DNA of 62,097 bases, counting the filler, from Piptocephalis cylindrospora (lineage: Eukaryota), in NCBI GenBank assembly GCA_003614145.1. It is 7 parts of 7 records of this genome, joined end to end, with 100 filler letters (N's around TTAATTAATTAA, not from the genome) between each part and the next. Parts side by side here need not be neighbours in the genome. Positions count along the whole stretch, not along the records: positions 1 to 8,845 come from KZ988124.1; positions 8,946 to 17,784 come from KZ988125.1; 5 more parts are not named here. One strand, 5' to 3'. This document shows, piece by piece, positions 1-12,852 of this stretch. The notes under the pieces were generated by a model, which saw only the letters and a program-made list of their open reading frames with translations, had not been told where the DNA came from and made no database searches. The first letter of the stretch is position 1. The number at the start of each line of letters is the position of its first letter. Both the position numbers and the translations under genes were made by a program.

Positions 1-844
1 GGAGGGGATTTTTAATAACAACGAGGAACAAGGATGAACAAGAGAAGGGCGGGATGGCAAGTAATCCTCACTCTGTATGGTTGACACCATTCTTGACATC
101 TCTATTTTACTCTGTGTGAGTGGTGTGTAATTCCGGGCCACTTCCTGGGTTTGCCTCTTACACAGCACTTGAAGGAGGAGGGAACAGAGCCTGTCATTTT
201 CTGGACATCAATCCAGTGACGAAATCTCGATTGTTGATTCACCTATCGTGGAGAAATTGCTATTTTACCATGGCAGTTCAAATCAATTGAAAAGGCTTGC
301 CAGTCAACCATTAGGATAATATGGACAATCTATAATGAGAAACCCACATGCGTTATGCTCTATGATACAGCATAGCATTGGCTGATTGATCTTGCATCGG
401 CACCTTTCCGCCATGATCGTGGGGGTGAGGGGTACGCATCCTCTTTCTTTTTCCTGACAAGAGTATGACCATCCTCTGAATGATGGACGGATCAGAGAGG
501 AGTAAAGTGGGGCAAGCCATTTATTGAACCGCTTGAAGACAACTTTTAGGGAGCATTGTCTTGGTAGAGGCTAGAGATATCCTGGATATCAATGCTGTAA
601 AGTGAACTTGTCCACCTTTTAATCGCTTGGTCCGAACGGACCGGTACTAGCACAAACACAGCACAGTACAGCACAATACAGTATAATTCACGGCCATGCA
701 GATATTAGCAGTGTGGGCTAGGGAGCTCACCCAACTGCCGTACTACAGTTGCACGCGCAGTAAAAAAAAAGTAAAGTGCACTTGAGGCAGGATCCATCTA
801 TATTCATTCTACCCTTCTGCTCCTCCTCCCCTCTCACTTTCATC

Positions 845-3550
845 ATGTCCTCCAAGGCCGCGTCACTCGGTAGTCAGCTAGAGAACAAGGTGCTCCAAAG
901 GGTTCGAAGCTACCTGGAGGAAAACCCGGCTACTCCTGTCCAGCATCTATCTCCCCTTTTGCTCGTAAGCTACGTACAACAGGACCGACGTCAGGGTCTT
1001 CAGAGAATCAAGCGGATGCAAATCGAGTCAGCACTTGTGAAAGGTAGATGCAGATGAGATGGGGAGAGTTTGGATGAGATGGCGGGAAGGGAAGAGAGTC
1101 GACTCACTTTTTCTCGCTTCTTTACCAGTTCTTCGCGTTCTCCGTGAGGAGGAAGAGGAGCAAAAATCAATTGTAGCCCAGGGAGAGGATGGCTCGAGGC
1201 CGGATGTGGATGAAGATGCAGCCATGGAAGAAGGTGTTCCCATGATGGTGGTTAAGGTACTGATTTTTTCCTCCCCTTCTTTCCTCTTTTCCCTAGTATG
1301 ACTAAAGCCTTAATATCATCCGCCTGATAGGACACGAACGTGATGAACAAATCCATTACCTCGACTTGGGCCACGCATAATGCTATTTCCTCAGCTGCAA
1401 GCACCGCACCCTCCTCCCCCATGACTCCATCCGCCACGGACAAGGATGATGTGGAGGAGAAGAGCATGGGAGAAAAGGCTTCAATTGAGGAATCTACTGG
1501 TCGTCGCGACCGTCGACGCCGTGGGCGCAGCTCCGTCGACCAAGCAGCTGTGGAGGAAAAGGAGACGAAGCGCCGGAGAAGGCAAGAGGCCAAGGACCGG
1601 GCCAGAGCCCCGCCTACCGCTCGGCTCGCTGACCTTGGTGGGGTGGATGGGTGCATTGAAGAGGTGCTTGAGCTCATTGCCATGCCCATCTCTCATCCCG
1701 AAATCTACCATCACACTGGAGTTTCCCCTCCTCGGGGCATCCTCCTGCACGGACCTCCCGGCTGTGGTAAGACCCTCTTGGCCAATGCCATTGCTGGGGA
1801 GCTAGGCGTCCCCTTTATCCAGATCTCAGCCCCATCCGTGGTCTCTGGAATGTCGGGAGAGTCGGAGAAGAAGATTCGAGATATCTTTGAGGAGGCTCGG
1901 GAGGCCGCCCCTTGTCTTCTCTTCATCGACGAGATCGACGCCATCACCCCCAAGCGGGAGACAGCCGCACGTGAGATGGAACGCCGCATTGTCGCCCAGC
2001 TTCTCACTAGCATGGATGACATGGCCTGGGACAAGACTGGGGGAAAACCCGTTATGATCATCGGAGCTACCAATCGTCCTGATGCCTTGGACTCGGCCCT
2101 ACGCCGCGCCGGACGCTTTGATCGGGAGATTGGCATGGGCGTTCCGGATGAGGAGGCCCGTTGTAAGATCCTCCGGGTCCTTTCCGCCAAACTGCGCCTG
2201 TCCGGCGACTTTGATTTCCCTGCCTTGGCCAAAAGGACCGCGGGATACGTGGGGGCCGATCTGAATGCCTTGACCTCGGCAGCGGGTATGTTGGCTGTGA
2301 AACGGATCTTTCGTCATCTCACTACCCTTCCCTCCTCGGTGACTCCTGAAACAACCATTACCGAGGGGAAGGATGATGAAATCACGGGGGAAGCGATCAT
2401 TGATGCTGTGAAAACGCCCAAGGTGGTAGAGGAGGAGGAGGAGGAGAGGGAGGGAAATGAGGGGGAGAAGGAGACCGAAGTCGTAAAGTTGACTCCACCC
2501 ATCCCGTTTGACCCATCTGCCTCGGCCTCTGAGCAACTCCAGTCCATCTCGGCCTTCCTCGCCAGGCACCCTGATCCATTGACCGAAGAAGAGCTGGCCC
2601 CGCTGGCCATCACCAATGAAGATTTTATCGGGGCTCTGGCCCGTGTCCAGCCATCGTCGAAGCGCGAAGGCTTTGCCACGGTACCGGATGTGACATGGGC
2701 CGACATTGGAGCCCTGGAATCGGTTCGAAGTGAACTGCGTATGGCCATTGTCGAGCCCATCCGACATCCCGAGTTCTTCTCTCGGGTGGGCATCACCGCC
2801 CCCGCCGGTGTACTCCTCTGGGGGCCTCCTGGGTGCGGGAAGACCCTACTAGCCAAGGCCGTGGCCAATGAATCTCGCACTAACTTTATCAGCGTCAAGG
2901 GCCCTGAACTACTAAACAAGTATGTCGGGGAGAGTGAGCGGGCTGTACGGCAGGTGTTTACCAGAGCTCGGGCCTCTTCTCCGTGTGTGGTATTTTTTGA
3001 TGAGTTGGACGCCCTATGCGCTCGTCGCGATGACTCGCAATCCGAGGCTTCAGCTCGGGTGGTGAACACCCTCCTCACCGAATTGGATGGGGTGGATGCC
3101 CGTAAGCAAGTCTTTGTCATTGCCGCTACCAATCGTCCCGATATCATCGACAGTGCCATGCTCCGGCCCGGCCGCCTGGACAAGCTCCTGTATGTCGAGC
3201 TGCCCACGGCCGGTGAACGCGTGGAAATCCTCCGGAAGCAGGTCCGACGGACTCCCTTGGCCCCGGATGTCGATCTAGTCCAGGTGGCCGAGGCGTGCGA
3301 AGGCTTTAGCGGAGCTGATCTTGCTTCTCTAGCCCGGGAAGCCGCTGTCTCGGCCCTGCGCAAGACCCTCTTCTTCCGGGAAGAGATGAATGCTGAGGGG
3401 TCCGAAGAGGATGACAAGGAGGTGGGTAAAGCCATCCTTGTGGATGCTGCCGCTTTTGCCGAAGCAATGACCAAGACCCCACCCTCGGTCTCTGCACATG
3501 ACCGATCAGGGTATGAAGACCTCCGTAGACAGTTTTCTGGGAAAAAGTAA
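845..3550 (+). CDS. RIX7: AAA+ ATPase Rix7/NVL (60S ribosome biogenesis), 3 exons: 845-1043, 1129-1256, 1331-3550
   Basis: Two AAA modules (GPPGCGKT, LFIDEID; GPPGCGKT, FFDELD), SGMSGESEKKIR and QPSSKREGFATVPDVTW typical of NVL/Rix7; GT-AG introns join upstream ORFs in frame. Confidence 0.93.
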
Positions 3551-3761
3551 TGACAGACTTGTCAACGTGTGTGGGTCTATGTGTCTCCTGAACAACAATA
3601 ATAATACAGCTGCTTTGGTCGTGTGATGGGTATGCGTGAATGATATGGTTTTTAAGGATAGAGCGGGAACAGGTTCATCATCCGATCAGGGAGCATTCGT
3701 CACGTAAAACACGCTCAGCTTTATTGATACCAACTCCCTTTTCGTTCATTCACGACAAGCT

Positions 3762-4652
3762 CTAATTCTTGGATTGAAGCATGGGATCAGCTCCACCCAT
3801 CTTGGCAATACGCTCTCGGGGCAGCTGAGCAAGAGCGTCCTCGCCGTTGACTGAAGGATACGGCACTTGCTCCGAGGGAGGGAAGCAGATGCGGAGACCC
3901 CGCTTCTTCACAGAGTCCTTGACGCGAACCCATGCATCATCGACCCCGGGGATGCAACCACGGACGTAGATGAGGCCTAGACCGACATCGACCTTCATAA
4001 CCCGGAGGTTTTGGACAGTGACGCGCTTCCCGCCCATCCTTCCGGGCATCTTCTTGCCCTTGAAGACACGGCCAGGGTCCTGGCACTGACCTGTGGACCC
4101 CATGGATCGATGGGAGACAGAAACACCATGGGAGGCCCGGAGACCCTTGAAGCCCCAGCGTTTCATGGCCCCGGCGAAACCCTTACCGATGGAATTGGCT
4201 GACACGTCGACAAATTGGCCGGGAAGGAAATGTGCGGCGTTTAAGGTACTTCCAAGGGCCGGAGCAGCGTCTAGAGTGGAGATGGGGAACTGAGCGATCT
4301 TCTTCTTGGGCTCAGCGTTGGCCCGGGCCAGGTGGCCTTGCATGGGCTTGGTAAGGCGCTGGGCCTTTTGTGACCCAGCCCCCATCTCCACACCCAGATA
4401 CGCGCCCTTATGCTGGGATACGATATTGGTCACCTGTACTTCATCGATATGCAAGACGGTGACAGGATGCCGGACACCCCATTCGTCAAACATACTGGCC
4501 ATCCCCTTCTTTCGCGCGAGAAGACCGGTTCGCACCGTGCGTTGCTGGTCAAAGACCGGGGTGGCCGGGGTGGTCGAGGCAAAGGAACGAGCACCTGCTC
4601 GGCCCAGGGACAGGCTGTTGAACAGGCGATTGAGGGATCGCGTGACAGACAT
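3762..4652 (-). CDS. MRPL9: Mitochondrial ribosomal protein uL3
   Basis: GKGFAGAMKRWGFKG, ASHGVSVSHRSMGSTGQCQDPGRVFKGKKMPGRMG; Arg/Ser-rich N-terminal presequence; intronless. Confidence 0.95.
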   Translation of the reverse strand: MSVTRSLNRLFNSLSLGRAGARSFASTTPATPVFDQQRTVRTGLLARKKGMASMFDEWGVRHPVTVLHIDEVQVTNIVSQHKGAYLGVEMGAGSQKAQRLTKPMQGHLARANAEPKKKIAQFPISTLDAAPALGSTLNAAHFLPGQFVDVSANSIGKGFAGAMKRWGFKGLRASHGVSVSHRSMGSTGQCQDPGRVFKGKKMPGRMGGKRVTVQNLRVMKVDVGLGLIYVRGCIPGVDDAWVRVKDSVKKRGLRICFPPSEQVPYPSVNGEDALAQLPRERIAKMGGADPMLQSKN

Positions 4653-5170
4653 GGCTAGGAAGAGGAGGAACTAGAGACAGAGCTGAGCTAGGGATGGCGT
4701 TGTCAAGGGCTGCTGTTGGAGGGAGACCACGATATTTTCTTCTTGGATGATTCACCTACGCCGAAAACACCCGGGGGAGGGGAGGTCTATAATTCCTGGT
4801 GGCACTGGAGTGCTAGTAGTAGTGAACAGCGAAATGTATTGGGAAAATTACGGCATTTGCTTTGAAAAACCATTTATTTCCTGGCCTCCATACCAAATGG
4901 GAAAATTACGGCACTGGAATGCTATGGCATTTTAAGAAGGATAAAAAGTGGAAATTTTACTCGAATTTTGAGTAAAAGGGCAATTGACTAGGGTTTCAAG
5001 GCATATTTTGACACTAGGATGACTGCACTACCAAGCACCGTACGATCGATCAAGGGCAAAGTACTTTGGGCCTCAAAACATCAGAGTATCGCTTTAAAGA
5101 CGAAAGCTAACAGAGCATTGCCTTATTGAAAAGGATATCCTCCTTGTTCCTCACCTCATCTCTCATCATT

Positions 5171-5943
5171 ATGGCCTCAACCACTGCATCCGAAACCCCA
5201 GCCACGGCCCACGTCCTTACCATCAGGATGATCAAGTCGTTTGAATACCGCAACTTTAAGAATCTTCTGCTCCACGACGTACCCCTAACCCTGACGGTAG
5301 CCGAACTAAAGGAACGAGCCTTGACGCGTACGTACTAAATTTGGATCTGGGTGTAAGGGAGGGAGGAATATAGCTTTCACTGGCCAACTTGAGTAACCAT
5401 TCACATCATACCCTACCGATAGAGATGAGGTCATCCTCGGGATACAAGCCATTTCTCAATGTGACGTTTGGTAAGATCATCAGGGATAATGGAGATTGGT
5501 AGAAATCAGAAGCTAGGGCTAGAAATCAGAAGCTAGGGCTAACACATCTCATATCTCCCCCTCCACCCTACTATTGTATCGGCGTAGACACGATGAAGAT
5601 GTATACTCAGGCCTATGGTGCCAAGGTAAGGGGATATTGTATTGAGGGAGAGATTGAGTTCCTGATACTCAAAGTCTTTCCCTGGGAATAGACCAACAAC
5701 CTGATTATCAACCTCGATCATCCCGAATGGGTTCTGCAAGATGATGCGATTCTGGCCGACCTTGGTTTTCGTATGTTATATCTTCCTCCCTGGAAGGACT
5801 TTTTACGTTGTATCCCTCCACTTTAACTCACTCATACATCTTTCTTCCTGACTATACTGCTGCTAGAAAACGAAACTGAGGTGTCGTTTTTTAACGGAAG
5901 CGATTACGATGCCTACATGGCCAATCCTGAGAATAAATGGTAA
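5171..5943 (+). CDS. AIM29: UPF0538/DUF2340 ubiquitin-like protein (Aim29/C2orf76), about 5 exons
   Basis: LTIRMIKSFEYRNFKNL; spliced continuation gives DTMKMYTQAYGAK/TNNLIINLD and ENETEVSFFN..Y.AY.ANPENKW-stop. Confidence 0.85.
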
Positions 5944-6188
5944 TACTTTCCAGGGAAGTTGTGTCATCGTTGGATATAAAGATACTACTCTTTTGATTGA
6001 TCATATGCATGGTCCAGATATGCTTATGGATTGAAATCCCCATGGCATTTCTCTATGCAAGACGACGATTATCTGCTAGAGGTGCGAGATTCAGAGTAAA
6101 AAGGCACATGTGTTTTAAGGAAAAAAATTCCTTCCTTTCCCTCTTCCCGTCAAGTCTTCCTACTTCTTCCCTTCATCTACCGCTTAGC

Positions 6189-7014
6189 TCAATAGGGTGA
6201 ATAGTGACCACGTCGTCCCCTAAAAAAGTAAAGCAGAATCATGAAAGATTGAGTGAATGATGCTACCACCTCATATCCCAGATCATATCTCCATCCAGCT
6301 ACACACACACATATAAAGGACTTACCGTCCCCGTGCTCGACCACCCCGGAAGCTACCTCGACCCCGACCCCGACCCCGACCCCGCTTCATCCCGGGGACA
6401 TTGGTGCGCTTGGGCGTGACCTTGATGGTACGGCCATGGAAGAGAGAATCAGTCAGAGCTGCGGCGTTAGAGACGGAGGATGCATCGGTGAATTCAATGT
6501 ATGCAAACCTATGAGGGTGTTATTGCAGGAGATGAGCGGCTGGATTCTACTATAGTATAGGCAAGCCACCCTTCCATCTCAGAGCATGACTCACCCTTTG
6601 GGATGCCCAGTCCACATGTCACACAGGATGGTGATCCGGTTAATGGTGCCGCACGACTGAAAGTGAATCTGAAGTTCTTCAGGGGTGGCACTGTAATCCA
6701 CGTTTCCTACATATACTGATCGGGCATCCACCTCAGCCTTGTCCTCCTCCACAGCAGTCGAGAGCTCTGAGGAGACCTGAGACTGCATCTCGTTCAACTT
6801 TGCTGCCTCTGCCTCCATCTCCTCTAGGCGTCGTCGCATTGCCTCGACCGTCTATGTGGCGGGTGATGAGTGAATGGGTCTGGGGTATGCGTCGCGTAGA
6901 GGTACAGATACTGCTAACCGTGATCCGGCCTCAATGAATAATAGTACTACTTACAGTCTCGTTCGAAGCCTCTTCCTTTGGGGTTTCCGAGATGATGGTT
7001 TCTTCGTCAGCCAT
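6189..7014 (-). CDS. PAB2: Nuclear poly(A)-binding protein (PABPN1/Pab2), single RRM, multi-exon
   Basis: Coiled coil [57 protein letters not shown] repeats, C-terminal YSPY. Confidence 0.92.
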
Positions 7015-7305
7015 TTGGTCAGGTGGAGGGTGTGATGGTGGGAGGAAGGGAGGATCTTGCGGTTGAAGGACAAACTGAGCAAAAGGGGGCAAGAAGTTAA
7101 AAAGAAGAAAGTCGGATTCGCTCGCTCACATTAATTCTGACCTTCTCATCCTTTGATACCCATTGTGGGGACAGAGGGTTCACTTGGCCTGGTCTCAGGC
7201 ACACCCTCTCCCCCCCCCCCCCCCCACACACACCAAAAACACACCACACTACACACCCCCCCAACGGCCCATCCTCCCCCTACGGGTTCCCCTCCGCGTT
7301 CCCCC

Positions 7306-8371
7306 ATGGCCCAGTGCCTTCGTCGAATCCTCGAATGCCCCATCTGTCTTTCCCCACTCCATCGGCCCCACACAATGCAATGCGGTAGGTCCTGTAAGGA
7401 AGAAGCAAAAGGATATGAAGCCCCTTTCTCATTCTCAACACTCCCCGATGGAAAAACACAGGACATACATTCTGCCAGGAGTGCTTAAAGCAATGGTTTG
7501 GCACTAACAAGTCCTGCTCGCTATGCAAGACCCCAGCGACGAGACGACCAGTGCCGGCCATTCTGGTCCGAGAATGCACCTCCCTTCTTCACCCCGCAAA
7601 TTACCCGTCCCGACCTAACCCTGGAGGTTTGGTTAATCGGGGAGATGGGACTTGGGTAATGAAGGAAGACGCAGAACGAAAGGGAGACCCATGGGTCCAT
7701 TTCTTTCCCGAAGAGGACACCCTTTCAGCTGCCCTGAAAGATGTCGAGGATGAAGGTATTAGGTAAGCGGAAGCATATCTTAATCTTGCCCCCTAAACAT
7801 GCCTTGTATCACTCACCCCGACCTTCCCTTTTTTTCACCTTGCAGTCGGTGTCCAGATTGCGCATGGGAAATTGTAGGGGGAATGTGCACGAGGTGCCAG
7901 AGGATATTTCCAGAACTGATGGATGTACGACAAGGAGGTGGGGCCGTGGATTCACAGGATGAAACAGACATTTCCTCTGAAGAAGAGGAGGAAAGGGCAA
8001 CTCAGAATTCCCTTAGTTCAAGAGATTATCTTTATAGGGACACAGGTAGCACGGACGAGGATGAGGATGACGGAATCGATCTATTAGGAGGAAGTGATGG
8101 TGATCATCGTTCACTGAGTGCTCGACAAAATGGTCTTATCCTCGGGCAACATAGCGGAGGGGAGGAGGAGGAGGAGGAGGGCGAGGAGAGCGACGATTCC
8201 TTTGTGGTGGATGATGACTGTGTGGAGATGGATTCGGATGTTGCATCGGATGGTCTATCGGATGATGAGATGGATGAGCAAGAGTACCCCTCAGGCCCTG
8301 TCCCAGAGAGTGAGTCCAGGCGGGAGACAAAACGACGAAGGCTCATAGCATTTTCTGACGACGACGAGTAA
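7306..8371 (+). CDS. RING-HC E3 ubiquitin ligase, Psh1-like (RING, second Zn ribbon, acidic tail), 3 exons
   Basis: CPICLSPLHRPHTMQCG/HTFCQECLKQWF..CSLC; DEGI/RCPDCAWEIVGGMCTRC; D/E-rich C-terminus with KRRR. Confidence 0.75.
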
Positions 8372-8776
8372 GTGCTGGATGATTAGAGGTTCCATAGGTG
8401 CGAGATAATGTGGAAATGGCCTGAGGCATGGTATTGTATCCATAAGTCAGGTACTCTGCACAATGGCTGAGAACCTGTGGCTCTTCAACCCCTACCCTAG
8501 AATTTATCGACACCTTATTTGTCGATCGATGAAGAGCTTTTGAACTGAATATATATACTTTTATTTTATTCCGAGATTAATGCTTGCTCATCCCACTCTC
8601 CGAGCAATGCATGATTACTCGTGCCCTACCATGGCGTTTCATAAAGTGTGTGGGAGGAGGAGGAGGAAACTCTGGGGAACGACTGAAATATAGGAAACAC
8701 CTCCAACAGCACCGCCGCCTGACCCTGAAGTGCTCGTCATTAACCAATAACCAATACCTTGAGTGGAGAGAGAGTA

Positions 8777-8781
<5 letters not shown>

Positions 8782-8845
<64 letters not shown>
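8782..8845. repeat. (GT)n microsatellite at contig end
   Basis: Directly visible. Confidence 0.95.
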
Positions 8846-8945
8846 NNNNNNNNNNNNNNNNNNNNNNNNNNNNNNNNNNNNNNNNNNNNTTAATTAATTA
8901 ANNNNNNNNNNNNNNNNNNNNNNNNNNNNNNNNNNNNNNNNNNNN
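8846..8945. other. Artificial contig spacer N44-TTAATTAATTAA-N44 (also 17785-17884, 26667-26766, 35536-35635, 44403-44502, 53261-53360)
   Basis: Identical six-frame stop linker in all six N runs. Confidence 0.98.
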
Positions 8946-11900
8946 GAGCCTTCAGCACTGGGCCCATGGAAAGCGTCCTGTTTCCGAGGTCTACCTCAAG
9001 TCCATCCTTTTGGTAAGAGAAAGAGAATACGTGAATAACTACCCCACATCTGACCTTACCAATTATACTACTATCACATCACTACGCATTCCTATGTTCC
9101 TAGGACATTCTCGGAGGCTTAGAGTCCATGTATGCTGCTGGATTAGGTAAGTGACTGGATCGTCAGATACACTGCTTTGTCTTTCCTCAACTAGGGTTGA
9201 ATTCACTCACATTAAGTGACCGATCATCACTCATCCTTTCCATTTACTCCAGTGCATTGTGACCTCAAGCCAGGAAATATCATGCAGTTTACCTGTCCAG
9301 GCCGAGACCAAGGGATATGGAAGCTCATTGATTTTGACTGTGCTTGCAAGTACGCTTCAGTTTGTCTAGAATACTATATCAGTCCAGCTCCCTTACTCTT
9401 ATTCCCCTTAGGACCGGTCAGCCTGTGAGAGGTCTTACACTCGATTACTGTGCCCCCGAGGTGCTCCATGCTACCCGAGCTGGCAAGTCCTTGATGGCAA
9501 CACATGCCCTGGACATGTTCTCCTGTGGTCAAATTATCCATTGGATGGCATCCACCACCCCTATCTGGGGAGAGGAGGAAGCTACCGATGCAGTGATGAC
9601 GCATATACTATGTCAAGACTCAGAGTTCCCTATCTCTTCCTCCACATTTGCTCAGCTACCCGTGTATCATTTGGTAGTGGAGCTCTTGCGGAAAGACCCC
9701 GCCAAACGCTTGACCCTAAAGGCTCTTCAGGTATGCTGCCTTGCTTCATGGTAACGTATCTAGAGCCCCTACTAAACCCTCCTTCTTCAACTTCTTTTAT
9801 GATACCATCCAGAAAAAATCGTATTTCCGCTCTACTCTGGATACCCGAGTAGTGAGTGACCTACTCAAGGAACGCCTGGCCATTGAGGATATTGATACAG
9901 ACGAGGATGAAGAGGGTGGGGCAGGGACCGCCACGATCCCCGAGGAGGACAACAGTATTTTCATTAACTTTTCCCGGTATGTTTGTCATCGTGGACTACG
10001 TAGGGTTTGGAGCACCAATGGATGGGGTCGTCAGATCTCGTATGACATCTTAGTGGAGGCATTGAAGAATTACCTTACCGTTGACACAGCCGCTCTCGAA
10101 GCCCTTAATGAGTTTATGGATGAGTTCTTGCCTCGTTCATCGGAAAAAGGTTCCAGTACTGCAACAGGAGACCCTGTAACTATCGAAAGGGTCAACCAGG
10201 CCTTTCCCAAGATAGCGTCCAAGTGTCAGCTTGGGGATTGGATTCTTCATCAGGTTCATCTTAAGAGCCAATCTCGGATCTATATGTAAGTAAAGATATG
10301 GTGCTACTACTGATTTTCCGTCGCATAGAAAATTAATCAGTTTTTATTATTTCTAGGATCCGGCTGGCTCGTCAGGAAATCGAAAAATATTTGGAGGGAA
10401 GACCAGTGTACTACCTGTGTTGTGGATCCAGCCTGAAAATCACGACCGACTGCATGAAGAGCGCCCTTAAATCTCTGGATTCGTTAAGCGATGTCGACAT
10501 ATCAATCCATCTTCGTATCCTTGAAGTCATGGATATGATCGGGTATTCAGGTCCCGCTGAAGACGAGGAGGAGGAGCTCCGTATGCTGGTTCGGTTTAAT
10601 GATGAGGCGACTAAACTCTCCAAAAAATGCGCCTCCTTTGTCATTTATCCTGGTGAGGTAAGGTTTTTGGATGAATTGTGTTTCCTAGTCCAGTAATTAC
10701 TGAGAAAGCAAGAAATTCCTCACCAGCTTCCTTCCCCATACGGAATATTTAGGAAGAAAATACTGCAATGAGGAAGAGGATCCATAACTGGATTGAAAGT
10801 TGGACCAAATGGAGATCCAAGGTGTTGAAGACAGACTCAAAACTAAAGCCCAACAATATCTCCAAAGCCTGGATGATATGGGCAGGTACGAATGATACCG
10901 GAGAAGCTGAGAAATTTTCCCAGGAGACTGAGATCCTCCAGGAGGAATACAGCAAGTATAAAGGTACAGAGATTGGGGAGAGGTACGAAAAGGCCTTTTC
11001 TGGGGATGTGCCCTCGATGCTGTGGCTGGGGGAAGCGTACATGGATGGGGATAGGGGGCTGGAGGAGAATCGCCCTCTCTACTATCTTTGGTTTCTCCGT
11101 GCAGCCATCCAGAACGACTCAAAGGCCCTCACTTACTACGGAATTGCCAGTAGGTGGGATGATACCTCTAGATCCTCAGCCGTTCTGCGGACCAAGTGCT
11201 TACGTAGGGCAGACTCATTACATTTTCTCCCAGCCAAAGCCAAGTACGCTTGGCGTCTTTTGACAGCAGCTGGGCGCAATTTCGATGAGGAAAAGGTCGA
11301 GGGAATTTTCCAGGAAGCTGCTGACGCCGGTTCCATCCTTGGTTTCTATGGCCTGATGATTTGCAACATTCAGCGCAATGACCAAGAAAAGGTCATGCTT
11401 TATGGGGAGGCTTGTCTAAATGCAGGTCACCTTCGATGCTACCCAGATTTGATCAGTTCACTCCTTCAACACGATACAAGTGATGAGCAGAAACGACAAT
11501 CCGACTATGCAAAAGCCCACGAATACTGCATGATTCTTAAAAACCACCCGGATCTTCATCATCTACCCAAAAAGACCGAATGGGCTATAGAGTCACTTTA
11601 CGAGGAAAAGGAATACCTGAGCCTTGATTCCAACCTTCGCTATTACCTAGGTCTCATTTACTACTGGGGTCTTGGGGTTCCTCAAGATCGGGAGGAGGCC
11701 GTAAAACAGTGGGAAATGATAGAGATGGGAGAGGATATCCGGATCTTGGAATCTTTAGCCTACTGCTACATTACCGGGGAGGGCAAAGAGCAAGATGTGA
11801 AGCGGGGAATGGACCTTTTGCTTGAGAGCAAAGGTCATCTCACCGATCAAGGGAGTATCGCGCTGGCTTTCCTTCATAGCCGCGCTGTTCACACGGAGAG

Positions 11901-12852
11901 GGATGGCGCTGAAGCTTTGGATAAGTCTAATTTTCTCCGGAGACGCTACTACGGAAGAGCTGCATTCCTGGAAGGGCGCCTGTACGAGGAGGGCTTGGGG
12001 ATGGAGCAAAGCTGGGTGCGGGCTGTGGGAATCTATGAGAGATTTGGGAAGGAGAGCGACATGTGCCGGGTGGCTCTAGCACGTCTTCGTCTTGTAGGAC
12101 ATGGATGCAAGAAAGATGTAGAGTGGGCCGTCAACGTATTCCAGGATTGCTCGGCCCCAGGAATCCCCAGCGGAAGACAAACTCTGGCCACCTTTTTCTG
12201 GTATAAGTGGTGGTGTGATGATATGTCAGGGAATCTCGAGGCTCAAGTATCCCTTGGCATGTGCATGATCAAGGGCGAGGGGGTGAAGAAGGATGTGGAA
12301 GCAGGACTGGAGCTGTGGAAAGGGGCTTCAGCGCGGGGCTCAGGAGAAGCCCATCTCTGCTTGTACAAGGCATATTCCCAGGGCGAATGGGCTGATGTGG
12401 ATCTCAATAAGGCCATGGAGCATCTTGAGGGCGCGGCAAACCTGGATGATCCAGTTGGGATGTATCTGTATGCGGAAGAGTTACTGGATCGGGATGAAGA
12501 GCTGGCTAGGGCCATCGCTCTCCTTGAAAAGTCCCTACAGTATAGTTGCCACCAGGCCCGGCGAATCTACGTACGGGCCTTGTTGAAGCGTGGTCAAGAG
12601 GGAGATAAGGAGCTGGTAGTTTTTCGTCTACGAGAATGGGTGGAATTGCAGGATGGTGAGGCCATGTATGGATTGGCGCAGTATGTGGATGATCCCAAGG
12701 AAGCACTGGTCCTGCTGCATCGGTCATGGGGTATGGGAGTAAGCAGGGCTCTTCCCAAACTGGCTGAAGCTTACGAGAAGGGCCTTGGGGTCGAGATAGA
12801 TCAAGAGCAGGCCAGGCGTTATCGTATACGCTGGTTTCATCTAAGCCATTGA
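8946..12852 (+). CDS. 5'-truncated Ser/Thr kinase fused to a C-terminal SEL1-repeat array (multi-exon)
   Basis: Spliced kinase motifs VHCDLKPGN, WKLIDFD, DYCAPE, DMFSCG, DPAKR; frame-consistent introns 10286-10356 and 10658-10752 link to the 10768-12852 ORF with SEL1 repeats (LGLIYYWGLGVPQDREEA, LYEEGLGMEQSW..A, LGMCMIKGEGVKKD..AG). Confidence 0.7.

Noticed and set aside
1711..3474. Long antisense ORFs opposite RIX7 (and opposite APP1, UBP15 and the kinases)
   Set aside because: Shadow ORFs of GC-rich or low-complexity coding strands; no motifs.
5500..5540. 20-nt tandem duplication TAGAAATCAGAAGCTAGGGC
   Set aside because: Simple intronic slippage duplication.
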